Positions 1-9,246 are shown, counted from the first letter of the stretch. The stretch: 64,000 nt of DNA from Victivallaceae bacterium (GCA_045532655.1 JAZSGI010000203.1:1469-65468), one strand, 5' to 3'. A program made the numbers and translations. Notes: generated from the sequence alone by a model not told the origin.

Positions 1-2
1 GG

Positions 3-2393
3 ACAAGAAAAAGCGGCGAAAAATTGATTTCTCTGGTCAGTTGCCGTCAGGGGTGGGGGAGCTTAAAGACGAACCGTTCCATTTCTGACGGTGCAATGAC
101 TCTGGGCGGGCGTACCTATACTTCCGGGTTGGGCACACACGCTGACAGCGAAATCGTCTTTGCCTGTACAACAGAAGTGAAGCGTTTTCAGGCTGTCGCC
201 GGAATAGATGAAAATCCCGATACTGTGAATGCTGCCTGTAAATTGCGTTTTTCGGTACGGGCAGGGAAGCGTGTTTTGTGGAAAAGTGCGCCGGTACGGT
301 GCGGAGAGCCGGTTGTAATTGATATTGCCATTGACAGCGAATGCAGGCAACTGACATTGAGTGTTGTTGCCGACAGTCTCTATCTTGCTCACGTAAACTG
401 GTGCGATGCAAAAATTACTACGGCTGCCGGTACGGTGGTGATGCTCTCTGAAGCTTTGGCAGATCCTGTATGTGATTTGTTGCCGTTGAGTTTCTGTTAC
501 GGCGGAAAACCAGGCGATGAACTGTTGCCTCTGTGGCAGTGGGAGGAACGGCAGGAAAAACACAACGGTATGCAGAGGCGTATTATTTCTGCGGTAAATC
601 CCGTGGATCAGTTCACTGTAATTTGCACGCTTGATGAATATGATGCACTGCCGGTTTCCATCTGGCATGTGACTTTTGCCAACAGAGGCAATAAACCTTC
701 GCAACCCTTGAATTCTGTACGGAGCATCGATCTTATGCTGCCCCGCAGCGAAGTCCGTTACGCCAGAGGCAGTTTCAATTACAGTGCCGGTGCAGCTGAT
801 GGTTCTGCTTACCGGGATAATTTCAAACTTGAACAAATGCCGGCAGAAGCGGAAGAACCTTTGCTGCTGAAGGGCGAAGCCGGGCGTTCAAGTTCCGAAT
901 ATATGCCTTACCTGAATACTGTTTCTGCCGACGGCGGAGTTTTGCTCGCTGTCGGCTGGACTGGGCAGTGGATGGCGGAAATCGTACCATGTTATCCCCA
1001 ATGCACCCGTATTGCCGCAGGAATGGAGTTCCTCGATACTTATCTGGAGCCGGGTGAGGAGATTTCCCAACCGTCAGCATTGCTCATCGATTACGATGGG
1101 GACGATTTTGAACGCGGGCAGAATCTTTTGCGCCGCTTTTTTGCGACGATATGGATCCCGGAAAAAATGCGGCAGCCTCCGGTTTCTTTCAATACATGGG
1201 GCAGTGTGCCGCAAAAAATGCATCTGGAAAGAAATGCAATACTTGATAAGCATGATCTTGATTATGATTGTTACTGGATAGATGCCGGATGGTTTGGCAG
1301 ATTCGGGGAAGATGGCGTTGAGGATTTCAGCACTTCATGGATCATGAATACCGGAAACTGGCAGGTGAATCCTGCTGTATATCCTGACGGTCTCCGTGCT
1401 GTGGCAGATGCTGTGCACGCTTCCGGCAGGAAATTTCTGGTATGGTTCGAACCTGAACGCGGCTGGAACGGTTCGGATATGGTTCTGGAACATCCTGAAT
1501 ATTTTTATGATTTTGAACTCGGCGGCAACAAAATCCTTAATCTCGGTAATCCCGAAGCAGAAAAATGGATGTACGGCATGATTTCCGGAATGATGGATGA
1601 GCAGGGAATAGATTATTACAGGCAGGATTTCAATACTGCTCCTCTGGGCGCATGGCGACGTAACGATAAGCCCGGACGTACAGGTATCAGCGAAATCCGT
1701 CACATTGAGGCTTTGTATCGTATCTGGGACAGACTGATCGGGCGGTATCCAGATATTTTGATTGATAACTGTGCTTCCGGCGGGCGGCGGTTGGATTTTG
1801 AAATGATGCACCGTTCAGTGCCTCTCTGGGCAAGTGACTTCCAGTGTCATCAGTTCTTTGACAGCGAAACAGCGCAGTCGCTGGTTGCCGGTATCAATGC
1901 ATGGTTGCCATGTTTCGGGTTCGGTACACAATACCGTCCCGGAGATACATATAATTTCCGCAGTCTGCTTGGCCCGGGAATGGCATTTGAGCTTTTTATG
2001 TATGAAAATTCTCCGGTAAGCGATGATTATCCTTATGACTGGCACAGGAAGATGTTGGCAGAGTACCGGCGTGCCCGGGAATTTTTGAGCGGCGACTATT
2101 ATGAATTGACCGCGCAGACAAGAGATAAATGCCAATGGCACGTGTTGCAGTTTGACCGTCCTGACAGAAATGGCGGATGTATTATTGCCATGCGCCGCAG
2201 TAACAGTCCCTTCAAAGTATCTGAATTTGTTTTGCGGGGAATAGACCCCAATGCATCGTATGTGTTTGAAGATGCGGATAAAGAAACTTCACAAACTCTG
2301 TCCGGGACTGAACTGATGGAAAATGGTTTGGAAATAGAACTTCCGGAACGACGTTCCAGTGCACTGTTGTTTTATCATAAAAAACAGGCATAA
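3..2393 (+). CDS. GH36-type alpha-galactosidase-like glycoside hydrolase with an N-terminal NPCBM-like carbohydrate-binding module; 5-prime end probably outside the window
   Basis: Track ORF 24..2393 starts at a TTG, and the frame stays open back to base 3 with no ATG or signal peptide, so the gene is likely truncated by the window edge. The N-terminus (GWGSLKTNRSI...GLGTHADSEIVF...AHVNWCDAKI) looks like an NPCBM module. The catalytic part carries GH36/clan-D style motifs YWIDAGWF, LVWFEPER, YYRQDFN, DNCASGGRRLDFEMM and WASDF. Confidence 0.75.
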   Translation, partial: TRKSGEKLISLVSCRQGWGSLKTNRSISDGAMTLGGRTYTSGLGTHADSEIVFACTTEVKRFQAVAGIDENPDTVNAACKLRFSVRAGKRVLWKSAPVRCGEPVVIDIAIDSECRQLTLSVVADSLYLAHVNWCDAKITTAAGTVVMLSEALADPVCDLLPLSFCYGGKPGDELLPLWQWEERQEKHNGMQRRIISAVNPVDQFTVICTLDEYDALPVSIWHVTFANRGNKPSQPLNSVRSIDLMLPRSEVRYARGSFNYSAGAADGSAYRDNFKLEQMPAEAEEPLLLKGEAGRSSSEYMPYLNTVSADGGVLLAVGWTGQWMAEIVPCYPQCTRIAAGMEFLDTYLEPGEEISQPSALLIDYDGDDFERGQNLLRRFFATIWIPEKMRQPPVSFNTWGSVPQKMHLERNAILDKHDLDYDCYWIDAGWFGRFGEDGVEDFSTSWIMNTGNWQVNPAVYPDGLRAVADAVHASGRKFLVWFEPERGWNGSDMVLEHPEYFYDFELGGNKILNLGNPEAEKWMYGMISGMMDEQGIDYYRQDFNTAPLGAWRRNDKPGRTGISEIRHIEALYRIWDRLIGRYPDILIDNCASGGRRLDFEMMHRSVPLWASDFQCHQFFDSETAQSLVAGINAWLPCFGFGTQYRPGDTYNFRSLLGPGMAFELFMYENSPVSDDYPYDWHRKMLAEYRRAREFLSGDYYELTAQTRDKCQWHVLQFDRPDRNGGCIIAMRRSNSPFKVSEFVLRGIDPNASYVFEDADKETSQTLSGTELMENGLEIELPERRSSALLFYHKKQA

Positions 2394-2398
2394 TAAAC

Positions 2399-2438
2399 GG
2401 GGCTGCTGTCTGACATATCAAGTTTTGACAGCAGCCCC
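2399..2438. terminator. Hairpin between convergent genes (possible bidirectional terminator)
   Basis: GGGGCTGCTGTC (2399-2410) pairs perfectly with GACAGCAGCCCC (2427-2438) around a 16-nt loop. It lies between the stops of the GH36 gene and the ribokinase gene. There is no clean T-run. Confidence 0.5.
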
Positions 2439-2465
2439 GAAAGTATTTCAGAGTATTCGATCTTT

Positions 2466-3356
2466 TTACAAAGCGCTGCGCATCGGGATGGATGCCGCTG
2501 CTCCGTGGCGGGATATACAATATGCTGATGCCTTTGCCGCAAGTTCCATTGCTTCGGCAATACTCATTTTGTCGATTATCCCAGCCAGAAAATACCCGAT
2601 AAAAGTATCACCGGCTGCTGTGGTATCAACAACTTTTTCTGCTTTGGCTGCCGGAGTGAATACAGTTTCCTGTGAGTTTGCCGCTTTATACATTGCCCCT
2701 TTTGCGCCCAGTGTCATAAGGATGTTTGTGCCGGGAAAAGCTGATGCCAGGGCAGTAAGCACTTCTTCCGGAGGCAGGTCGGGGGAACATGCGGCAAGAC
2801 CTGCAGCTTCAAGTTCATTAACGATGAATGTATCTATCGCTTCCAGCGGGAGAGCCATTACTCTGCTGTTCATCGGGGCGGGGTTGAAAAATATCCGCAT
2901 GCCTTTTCTGACAGCGGCAGCAATTATTTCATCCATCCGGCTTATTTCGTTTTGCAGCAGCAGGATATCGTTTGATGTCATTCCGGAAAAAACCTCTTCG
3001 ATCTGTGCCGTTGATATATTCATATTGGCTCCACCGAAAAGCACTATGCAGTTTTCGCCTTTGTCGTCCACCTGGATCATGGCGCACCCAGTCAGTTCAT
3101 CCGGGGAGGAAACAAGGAAAGTACAGTTGACTCCGGCAGTTTCCAGCTCCTGACGGAGAAATTCCCCGTCACAGCCGATCCTGCCCGCATGGAGAACCTC
3201 TACCCCGGCTTTGGCCAGAGCAATTGACTGGTTCAAGCCTTTGCCGCCTGAATTACGGTTGAAGCCATCTGCAGAAATCGTTTCTCCGGGGCGGACAAAA
3301 GATTTTACCCGGCAGACATTGTCAATATTAAGTGATCCGAAGTTAAGTACACGCAT
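2466..3356 (-). CDS. rbsK: Ribokinase (PfkB family)
   Basis: Motifs LNFGSLNIDNV, GGKGLNQSIA and the C-terminal DTTAAGDTFIGYF. I prefer the ATG at 3356 (MRVLNFGS), which is preceded by GGAAGGA. The longest ORF extends to 3374. Confidence 0.8.
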   Translation of the reverse strand: MRVLNFGSLNIDNVCRVKSFVRPGETISADGFNRNSGGKGLNQSIALAKAGVEVLHAGRIGCDGEFLRQELETAGVNCTFLVSSPDELTGCAMIQVDDKGENCIVLFGGANMNISTAQIEEVFSGMTSNDILLLQNEISRMDEIIAAAVRKGMRIFFNPAPMNSRVMALPLEAIDTFIVNELEAAGLAACSPDLPPEEVLTALASAFPGTNILMTLGAKGAMYKAANSQETVFTPAAKAEKVVDTTAAGDTFIGYFLAGIIDKMSIAEAMELAAKASAYCISRHGAAASIPMRSAL

Positions 3357-3358
3357 GA

Positions 3359-4555
3359 TCATCCTTCCCGGCATGCTTTTACTGCGGCGGAGATCCCGGC
3401 TGCAGCATTTTTGATAACTTCCTCCGGCACGCAGAAGCTGAAACGTACATATCCGGGCATACCGAATCCGGCACCGGAGACCGCCAGCACACGCTCTTTT
3501 ACAAGGGCGGCAACAAATTTGCTGTCATCGGCAACGGGGGATTTCGGGAAAAAGTAGAATGCACCTTCCGGTACATAAAATTCCAGTCCGGCATCGGCAA
3601 GCACTTTGCGCATTGCTTCCCGGCGGCGGCGGTAAATATCCAGTTCCACCTGTTCACCCAGTGCGGAAAGAACAAGTTTCTGGCCCACGATGGGGGCGTT
3701 TACGAACCCGAGTACACGGTTGGCCACGGTCAATGCGCTCATAAGAGTTTCTGCTTCTTCAACAGCAGGATTGATTGCCAGATATCCCACCCGTTCACCG
3801 GCAAGGGAGAGGGTCTTGGAGAAAGATCCGGCAATGACGGCGTATTTGAAGAAATCCATAAGTGACGGGATTTCCCGGCCATCATAGTTTAATGCTCTGT
3901 ATGGTTCATCTGCCACAACATATATGGCACGCCCGTATTTTGCAACAGCCGTTTCCACCAGTTTACCCAATTGTGCCAATTCCTCCCGTGCGTAGATTTT
4001 GCCCGTGGGGTTATTTGGGGAGTTGATTATGATGGCACGGGTTTTGGGACCTATTGCTGCGGCAAAAGCCTCAAGATCCAGTGAAAAATCAGGTTCAAGT
4101 GTCGGCACGGGACGGAGAATACCGCCGAAGTTGCCTGCGTAAAAACCGTATTCTACAAAATAAGGGGCAGGGACAAGAACCTCATCGCCTTCTTCCAGTA
4201 CAGCCCTGAAAAGTGCATTGATGGCACCTGCGGCACCGCAGCAGAGCATACAATGCTGTGCTGTCAGGGGGTGTCCCTGTTCGGCTGCGAGAAATTTTGC
4301 CAGTTCTTGCCGGACAGCCGGGGCTCCGGCGTTGGGGACGTAGCCGAAAGCGAATGGTTCGGTCGCTTTTGCGGCAATATCCGCCAATCCGGCGGCGACA
4401 GCCGGCGGCGGGGGCAGATCAGGATTGCCGAGGCTGAAATCATAAACATTGTCTGCACCGTATTTTTTCTTGAGTTCAATGCCGGTTTCAAACATTTTGC
4501 GGATCATTGATGATGATCCCAATTGATCTGCAGTTTTTTTGTTGAGAAGAAACAT
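3359..4555 (-). CDS. PLP-dependent class I/II aminotransferase (aspartate/alanine aminotransferase-like)
   Basis: 398 aa. Motifs YDFSLGNPDLPPP, NSPNNPTGKIY and SFSKTLSLAGERVGY (PLP lysine motif). The stop lies 2 nt from the rbsK start. Confidence 0.8.
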   Translation of the reverse strand: MFLLNKKTADQLGSSSMIRKMFETGIELKKKYGADNVYDFSLGNPDLPPPPAVAAGLADIAAKATEPFAFGYVPNAGAPAVRQELAKFLAAEQGHPLTAQHCMLCCGAAGAINALFRAVLEEGDEVLVPAPYFVEYGFYAGNFGGILRPVPTLEPDFSLDLEAFAAAIGPKTRAIIINSPNNPTGKIYAREELAQLGKLVETAVAKYGRAIYVVADEPYRALNYDGREIPSLMDFFKYAVIAGSFSKTLSLAGERVGYLAINPAVEEAETLMSALTVANRVLGFVNAPIVGQKLVLSALGEQVELDIYRRRREAMRKVLADAGLEFYVPEGAFYFFPKSPVADDSKFVAALVKERVLAVSGAGFGMPGYVRFSFCVPEEVIKNAAAGISAAVKACREG

Positions 4556-4578
4556 TTGTATTTATCCTGAAAATGCGG

Positions 4579-6942
4579 TTATTTTGTATGCCTGACAGCG
4601 TGCATGGCTTTGGTGTTGGCAAATGTGCCGTTGTTGGGGGTGATTGCGGAGAGTTCGCCGGAGGGTTTGTTCTGGCGGCAGAAGTTCATGTACGGTACTG
4701 CACTTAAACCGAATTGCGGCAGCGGGATCGCCATTTCGATGATCCATTTGCCGTTTTCGTGGCGGCTGACGCGTTCATATTCTCCGTTCCACGCAGCTTC
4801 GACACGCGGGGCACGGTCGTATATTATACCGTCGGGGTTCATGCAAATCTGCCAGAGACCGCCGGCATCATCAGTAGTAATGAATATTTCGAAAGAGTCG
4901 GCATGCCATACTTCGGCATCGTGTTTTTTGCCGGCGACTTCTTTGTCATTATCTTGAAATTCTGCCAGCAGATAAAGAGTTTCAAAGTTCGGATCGGCAA
5001 CCAATTTTATTGTGCCGGGATCTTTGCAGGGATTTCCGGTGTTGGCATCAACAAATACTTTTGCATCAGCCTGTTGCCATGCAGCATCAGTGATGTCACC
5101 GTCAATAACGGGAACATCTGCTGTTACTGTTATGTCAAGACGCTTTTGAGCAGGGAACTCCGGCATTTCGACAGTCAGAACTTCGCTGTCTTTGATTTCC
5201 ATTCCGGCAGCAGTTGTACCGATGATGAATTCTGCTGTCTTGTTTGCTGCGAGCATAAACAGTGCATCGGCAAGCTCTTTGCCGGTAAAGTTTTCCCGGT
5301 CAGCGGCAGGTTTGACAAGGGTGTTGTTGCGGAGGACTGTGTACGCTCCATCGGGGTCAACACCGGCGAATTTGAAATAATATCCGTATTCTGATTTGTT
5401 ATTGATTTCAAAACGATCGCAACCGTCGGCATTGCCGCTGCTGCAAGGTGCCAATCCCTCCCAGTTGGGCCAGGCAAGATCAAAATTTTTGCCGCAGACT
5501 TTTACGGTATCCTGATTATAATAAACGGGAGCTATGGAAAGTTTTGCCGGATTGGCAGAGAAACGGTTGCGGCGTTCTGCTAATTGAGCCTGTTCCTGTT
5601 TGTATTTCATGAGTTTTGCACCGTATGATTCGCCGAGAACTGCACTGCCGATGAGCCACGGCAGATCACTGTTCTCCAGATTTCCGGTAAAGAAATGGCT
5701 TCCGGCACCGATGGCAGATGTAAGGATTTTGGCAGAGGAGTGCCCGCCTGATGTATAGGCGATACCGATCTGACTGTCGCGCCATTTATAGGCAAATGAT
5801 GCAGCACCTGCGGCATCATTATTGGCAAGGGTATTATTGATTTTTGTTCTGGCGGCATCGTCAAAGGTCACGCCGTAATATTTTTCCAGTTCGGCAATGG
5901 CTCTGCCGTCAGTTACGCTTTCCGGATTCTTGTCAACAAACTTGCTGAACGCTGAAGAGATAGTACTTCTTTCCGCCTTTTGTGCAAGAAGGATGCTGCA
6001 GGCGGCGGGATCGAAATTATCCAACAGCTGCAAACTGCCGGTTTCGTGGTCGGCAGTAAGGACGATAAGGGTTTCTTCCGGGTGCAGGGCGTAGAATTCG
6101 AGAGCTCTTTTCAGCACTGCATCCAGGGCCTGCACTTCGTGTATCATCCAACCGGCGTCATTGCCGTGACCGGAGTAATCGATGAAGCCATTTTCCACCA
6201 TAATGAAAAAGCCGTCGGGATTGTCCAGCATGCGGATGGCCTGATCCAGATAATCTGCCAGTGTCAAACCGGCATCCTGTTCGCCCTGCCATTTCCAGGT
6301 GGGGCACTTGTTCATGTAGACTTTTTCGCCGGGGACAGCGGAATCGTAAAGAGCAGGGTCGTGGATGATCTTGTATCCCGCTTCCCGCAAAGCAGTATAG
6401 GTGTCCTGGTTGCCGGGATTCTGCCCGCCGAAAAATTCGAAACCGCTTGCAGCCATATCTCTGCCGATTTCCACCTGCATACCGCGGCTCAACTGATTGG
6501 CATAATGGGCAGATGGTGTGGCATCGGTGATCAGACTGTTGGAGATGATACCGACTTTCATGCCGTTACTGTGCAGTGTTTTGGCAAGACTTTCTACCGG
6601 GGCACCGTCGGTATTGACACCGATAGCACCGTTATAAGTTTTTATACCGCAAGCTATGGCAGTTCCGCTGGCGGCGGAATCGGTTGTGGAATTCTGTGCA
6701 TTGTTTGTGCCGGTGGGAATGACCGGGAATTCATTCATGGTCAATTTTTCCGGCAGTGCAGCAGTGGCAACAGTGCGTTGATTGGCACCGAAACCGTCAC
6801 CGATAAGCAGGAAAACATATTTTGCCTGTGCAGGCTCATTGCTTTTTTCAGCAGCGGAGACACTTTCCTGTGCTGTACAGCCAAGAGACAGCAAAAATGA
6901 TCCGCTGCAAATCACTGTAAACCATTTTTTTACAAATAACAT
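4579..6942 (-). CDS. Alkaline phosphatase family lipoprotein with a C-terminal CBM9/DOMON-like domain
   Basis: PhoA-type motifs GDGFGANQ, TDSAASGTAIACGIKTYNGAIG and LTADHETG. The C-terminal ~190 aa (IDGDITDAAWQQA...LYLLAEF...DSFEIFIT...WQICMNPDG) resembles a family-9 CBM-like fold. Start chosen at M28 (MLFVKKWF...LSLGC lipobox), preceded by AAGGGA. The longest ORF reaches 7023. Confidence 0.8.
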   Translation of the reverse strand: MLFVKKWFTVICSGSFLLSLGCTAQESVSAAEKSNEPAQAKYVFLLIGDGFGANQRTVATAALPEKLTMNEFPVIPTGTNNAQNSTTDSAASGTAIACGIKTYNGAIGVNTDGAPVESLAKTLHSNGMKVGIISNSLITDATPSAHYANQLSRGMQVEIGRDMAASGFEFFGGQNPGNQDTYTALREAGYKIIHDPALYDSAVPGEKVYMNKCPTWKWQGEQDAGLTLADYLDQAIRMLDNPDGFFIMVENGFIDYSGHGNDAGWMIHEVQALDAVLKRALEFYALHPEETLIVLTADHETGSLQLLDNFDPAACSILLAQKAERSTISSAFSKFVDKNPESVTDGRAIAELEKYYGVTFDDAARTKINNTLANNDAAGAASFAYKWRDSQIGIAYTSGGHSSAKILTSAIGAGSHFFTGNLENSDLPWLIGSAVLGESYGAKLMKYKQEQAQLAERRNRFSANPAKLSIAPVYYNQDTVKVCGKNFDLAWPNWEGLAPCSSGNADGCDRFEINNKSEYGYYFKFAGVDPDGAYTVLRNNTLVKPAADRENFTGKELADALFMLAANKTAEFIIGTTAAGMEIKDSEVLTVEMPEFPAQKRLDITVTADVPVIDGDITDAAWQQADAKVFVDANTGNPCKDPGTIKLVADPNFETLYLLAEFQDNDKEVAGKKHDAEVWHADSFEIFITTDDAGGLWQICMNPDGIIYDRAPRVEAAWNGEYERVSRHENGKWIIEMAIPLPQFGLSAVPYMNFCRQNKPSGELSAITPNNGTFANTKAMHAVRHTK

Positions 6943-7063
6943 AACTTTTTCCCTTAAAATTTTTAAGTTATATGTTTTGTTGAATATTGTGCATAATATA
7001 GCATGGAGAAAGAAGTTTTGCAACAGTCAGCGACATTTTTTTGCAGAATAAAAAGGGGGTTTT

Positions 7064-7501
7064 ATGAAAACAAAGAAAGGGTTCAATTCTCTGTGGCCGC
7101 TGCAGGCCGCAGCTTATTTTTATGCCGGTATAGACGAGGCATCCATGGCGCAGGCGTTTGACGTTGCTCCGGAGAAATTCAGAAGTCTCTGCCGTAAGCA
7201 TCCTGACCTTGCCCGGGCAGTTTCCTGCGGGAAACTTGATGACCCGGTGGAAGAGGCTTTGCTGCGCCGTGCCATAGGTTTCCGCCAAACCGAAGTTGTT
7301 TGCGAGGATATTGTTGACAAAAGTTCCGGAGAAAGTACAGGAACATGCAAAAAAAAGACTGTAACCAAAGAGGTTCCGCCCGATGTCCGGGCATTGCTTT
7401 TCTGGCTGAAAAACCGCCGCCCGGAACGATGGAGGGAAAAGAACGGAACCCCGTTGCAGGAAGCTGATCTTGAATTTGATGAAATCGATTCCGCTCTCTG
7501 A
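7064..7501 (+). CDS. Phage small-terminase-like (TerS-type HTH) protein, orphan
   Basis: 145 aa. The pattern EALLRRAIGFRQTEVV...KKKTVTKEVPPDVRALLFWLKNRRPERWREK matches the characteristic ALGY-x-E...PD-x-x-A-x-IFWLKNRRP-x-x-WRDK signature of small terminase subunits. The RBS AGGGGG precedes the ATG. Confidence 0.5.
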   Translation: MKTKKGFNSLWPLQAAAYFYAGIDEASMAQAFDVAPEKFRSLCRKHPDLARAVSCGKLDDPVEEALLRRAIGFRQTEVVCEDIVDKSSGESTGTCKKKTVTKEVPPDVRALLFWLKNRRPERWREKNGTPLQEADLEFDEIDSAL

Positions 7502-7510
7502 ATTGCCATA

Positions 7511-8149
7511 TCACCTGCCGGAGGCAAATATGGTATTGGCAAGATCATGGACAGTTATTGCCCTGAGACCTTCTGCTGTCATCTGCTGCAGTGTCGGCCA
7601 GTCGGTGTTATTGTTTCCCGGCTGTATCCGGGCAAAGCTGTAACTGCACAAAGATGCCGGTGAACGTGTCAGGAATACCACCAGTCCCATTTCCACCCCA
7701 TCTGTCCGGCACCCGAAGTAATATCCGTTGATGCCGTCAGCAATAAAGGGCTGCAGACCGGTTGTCTTCAATTCCGGATATTGTGTCTGCAGGCCGGTAA
7801 GTTCGTTTGAGGCGGATGACCGGAGCAGGGTGTCGTTTGCGGATATCTTTTGCGGTAATCTGGTGATTATCAGAGTTTCCGTGGTTCCGGCACGTCCGTT
7901 CAGCAGATTTATTTCTGCCTCATTGGCGGAATGTGAGGTTATGAGTTTGCATCCGTTGCCGTTATCCGGCAGCAGCCATTTGCAATAACTGTCATTGTAA
8001 ATGCCGTTGTCGACGGTACCGGATCTTTCTCCTTCCCACTGCAGCGGGGGAGGTGGTTCCGCAAGACGGCATCCTGCTGTCATGACAAGAAAAATGGTAC
8101 ATACATTGAATAATGTTTTCTGAATAGTGGTCGTGCAAGGTGATCTCAT
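7511..8149 (-). CDS. Hypothetical lipoprotein
   Basis: Start chosen at M60 of track ORF 7511..8326 (MRSPCTTTIQKTLFNVCTIFLVMTAGC, signal peptide plus lipobox). Its ATG overlaps the TAA of the upstream dehydrogenase gene by 1 nt (TAATG). I recognise no family. Confidence 0.5.
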   Translation of the reverse strand: MRSPCTTTIQKTLFNVCTIFLVMTAGCRLAEPPPPLQWEGERSGTVDNGIYNDSYCKWLLPDNGNGCKLITSHSANEAEINLLNGRAGTTETLIITRLPQKISANDTLLRSSASNELTGLQTQYPELKTTGLQPFIADGINGYYFGCRTDGVEMGLVVFLTRSPASLCSYSFARIQPGNNNTDWPTLQQMTAEGLRAITVHDLANTIFASGR

Positions 8150-9246
8150 TATGATATTTCTCCATCTGCCAGTTGCTGCTGAACACATTTGGTGAGGGGT
8201 GTTTTCCCCGGGCAGCTGCGGCTTCCATCGCATGATGTGCAGATGAAACTTCCTGCCGGAGCCTGCCTGCCGGAGAAAAAACAGGCGATATTGTGCAATA
8301 CTGAATCGGCAGTGTTTGCAAAACATTCCTGTGTTTGAATACCCTGTTTGAAGGTGACAAGTACGTTTTTCGCCCGTATCAGCTCCTCCAACAGAGGGTT
8401 GTTCATGGAGCAGAAGGTCTGACCGGGCGGGAAAAATCCGCTTTCTTCTTCAAAAATATCCAGAGCTGCTCCGCTCAGTTTGCCTGAATTTACTGCCTGC
8501 AGCAGTTCCTGCATATCAACCAGTCCGCTGCGGCTGGTGTTAAGAAGAATTGCGCCGTCTTTCATCCGTTCAAATTCTTCACGGCCGATCATTTGAACTG
8601 TTGCCGGGGTCAGCGGACAGTGCAGCGAAATAATATCGCTGTGCCGGAGAAGTTCCGGAAATGCAACATACTTGAAACATCCAGCTGCTGCGGCTTCATA
8701 ATCAGGTTCCGGATCATAAGCCAGCACTCTTGTTCCGAATCCATGCAGCAGAGTTGCCAGATGTTTCCCTATCCTGCCGGTTCCTATGATACCGGCTGTT
8801 TTGCCGTGAAGGGCGTGTCCGGCAAGATTGCCGCTGGAGAAATCCCCTTCCCGGACACGGCAGTACGCCTTGTGTATTTTCCGGGTCAGGGTCAGAAGCA
8901 GTGCCAGAGTATATTCTGCGATCCCTTCCGGAGGATATTCTGCTGCGCGGCATACTGTAATCCCGGCAGCTTTGGCGGCTGCCATATTGACGTTGGCAAA
9001 TCCTGTTGTCCGCAAAGCCAGCAGTTTTGTGCCGCCTGCAGCAAGGCTTCTGATCGTGTCAGAGCCAAGATCATCATTTTCTCCGGCACAAACAACAGTA
9101 CATCCTGCAGCCAGTGGCGCATTGTATGGTGTCATACGTTCCTCAAAAAAACGGATGTTGAAATTGTACATGCTGTTTGCACTGCTGAAAGATCTCCTGA
9201 CACAGGGTGTTGTGCTGAAAAAAGCTGCCTGTACGTTGACGTTCAT
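8149..9246 (-). CDS. D-isomer-specific 2-hydroxyacid dehydrogenase, LdhA-like, with an atypical active site
   Basis: Collinear with D-lactate dehydrogenases from the N-terminus (NVQAAFFSTTP...) through GIIGTGRIG (NAD site), SLHCPLTP, NTSRSG and DIFEEE. The expected catalytic His (T-G-H-Q) reads VTFKQG. There is an extra Cys-rich C-terminal tail. Confidence 0.75.
   Translation of the reverse strand: MNVNVQAAFFSTTPCVRRSFSSANSMYNFNIRFFEERMTPYNAPLAAGCTVVCAGENDDLGSDTIRSLAAGGTKLLALRTTGFANVNMAAAKAAGITVCRAAEYPPEGIAEYTLALLLTLTRKIHKAYCRVREGDFSSGNLAGHALHGKTAGIIGTGRIGKHLATLLHGFGTRVLAYDPEPDYEAAAAGCFKYVAFPELLRHSDIISLHCPLTPATVQMIGREEFERMKDGAILLNTSRSGLVDMQELLQAVNSGKLSGAALDIFEEESGFFPPGQTFCSMNNPLLEELIRAKNVLVTFKQGIQTQECFANTADSVLHNIACFFSGRQAPAGSFICTSCDGSRSCPGKTPLTKCVQQQLADGEIS

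Noticed and set aside
2359-3153. 264-aa plus-strand ORF
   Set aside because: It is antisense to the ribokinase gene, which has the diagnostic GGKG-x-NQ and DTT-x-AGD motifs.
5980-6900. 306-aa plus-strand ORF inside the alkaline phosphatase gene
   Set aside because: It is antisense to a gene with unmistakable PhoA motifs. It has no motifs or start signals of its own, so it is a typical shadow frame.
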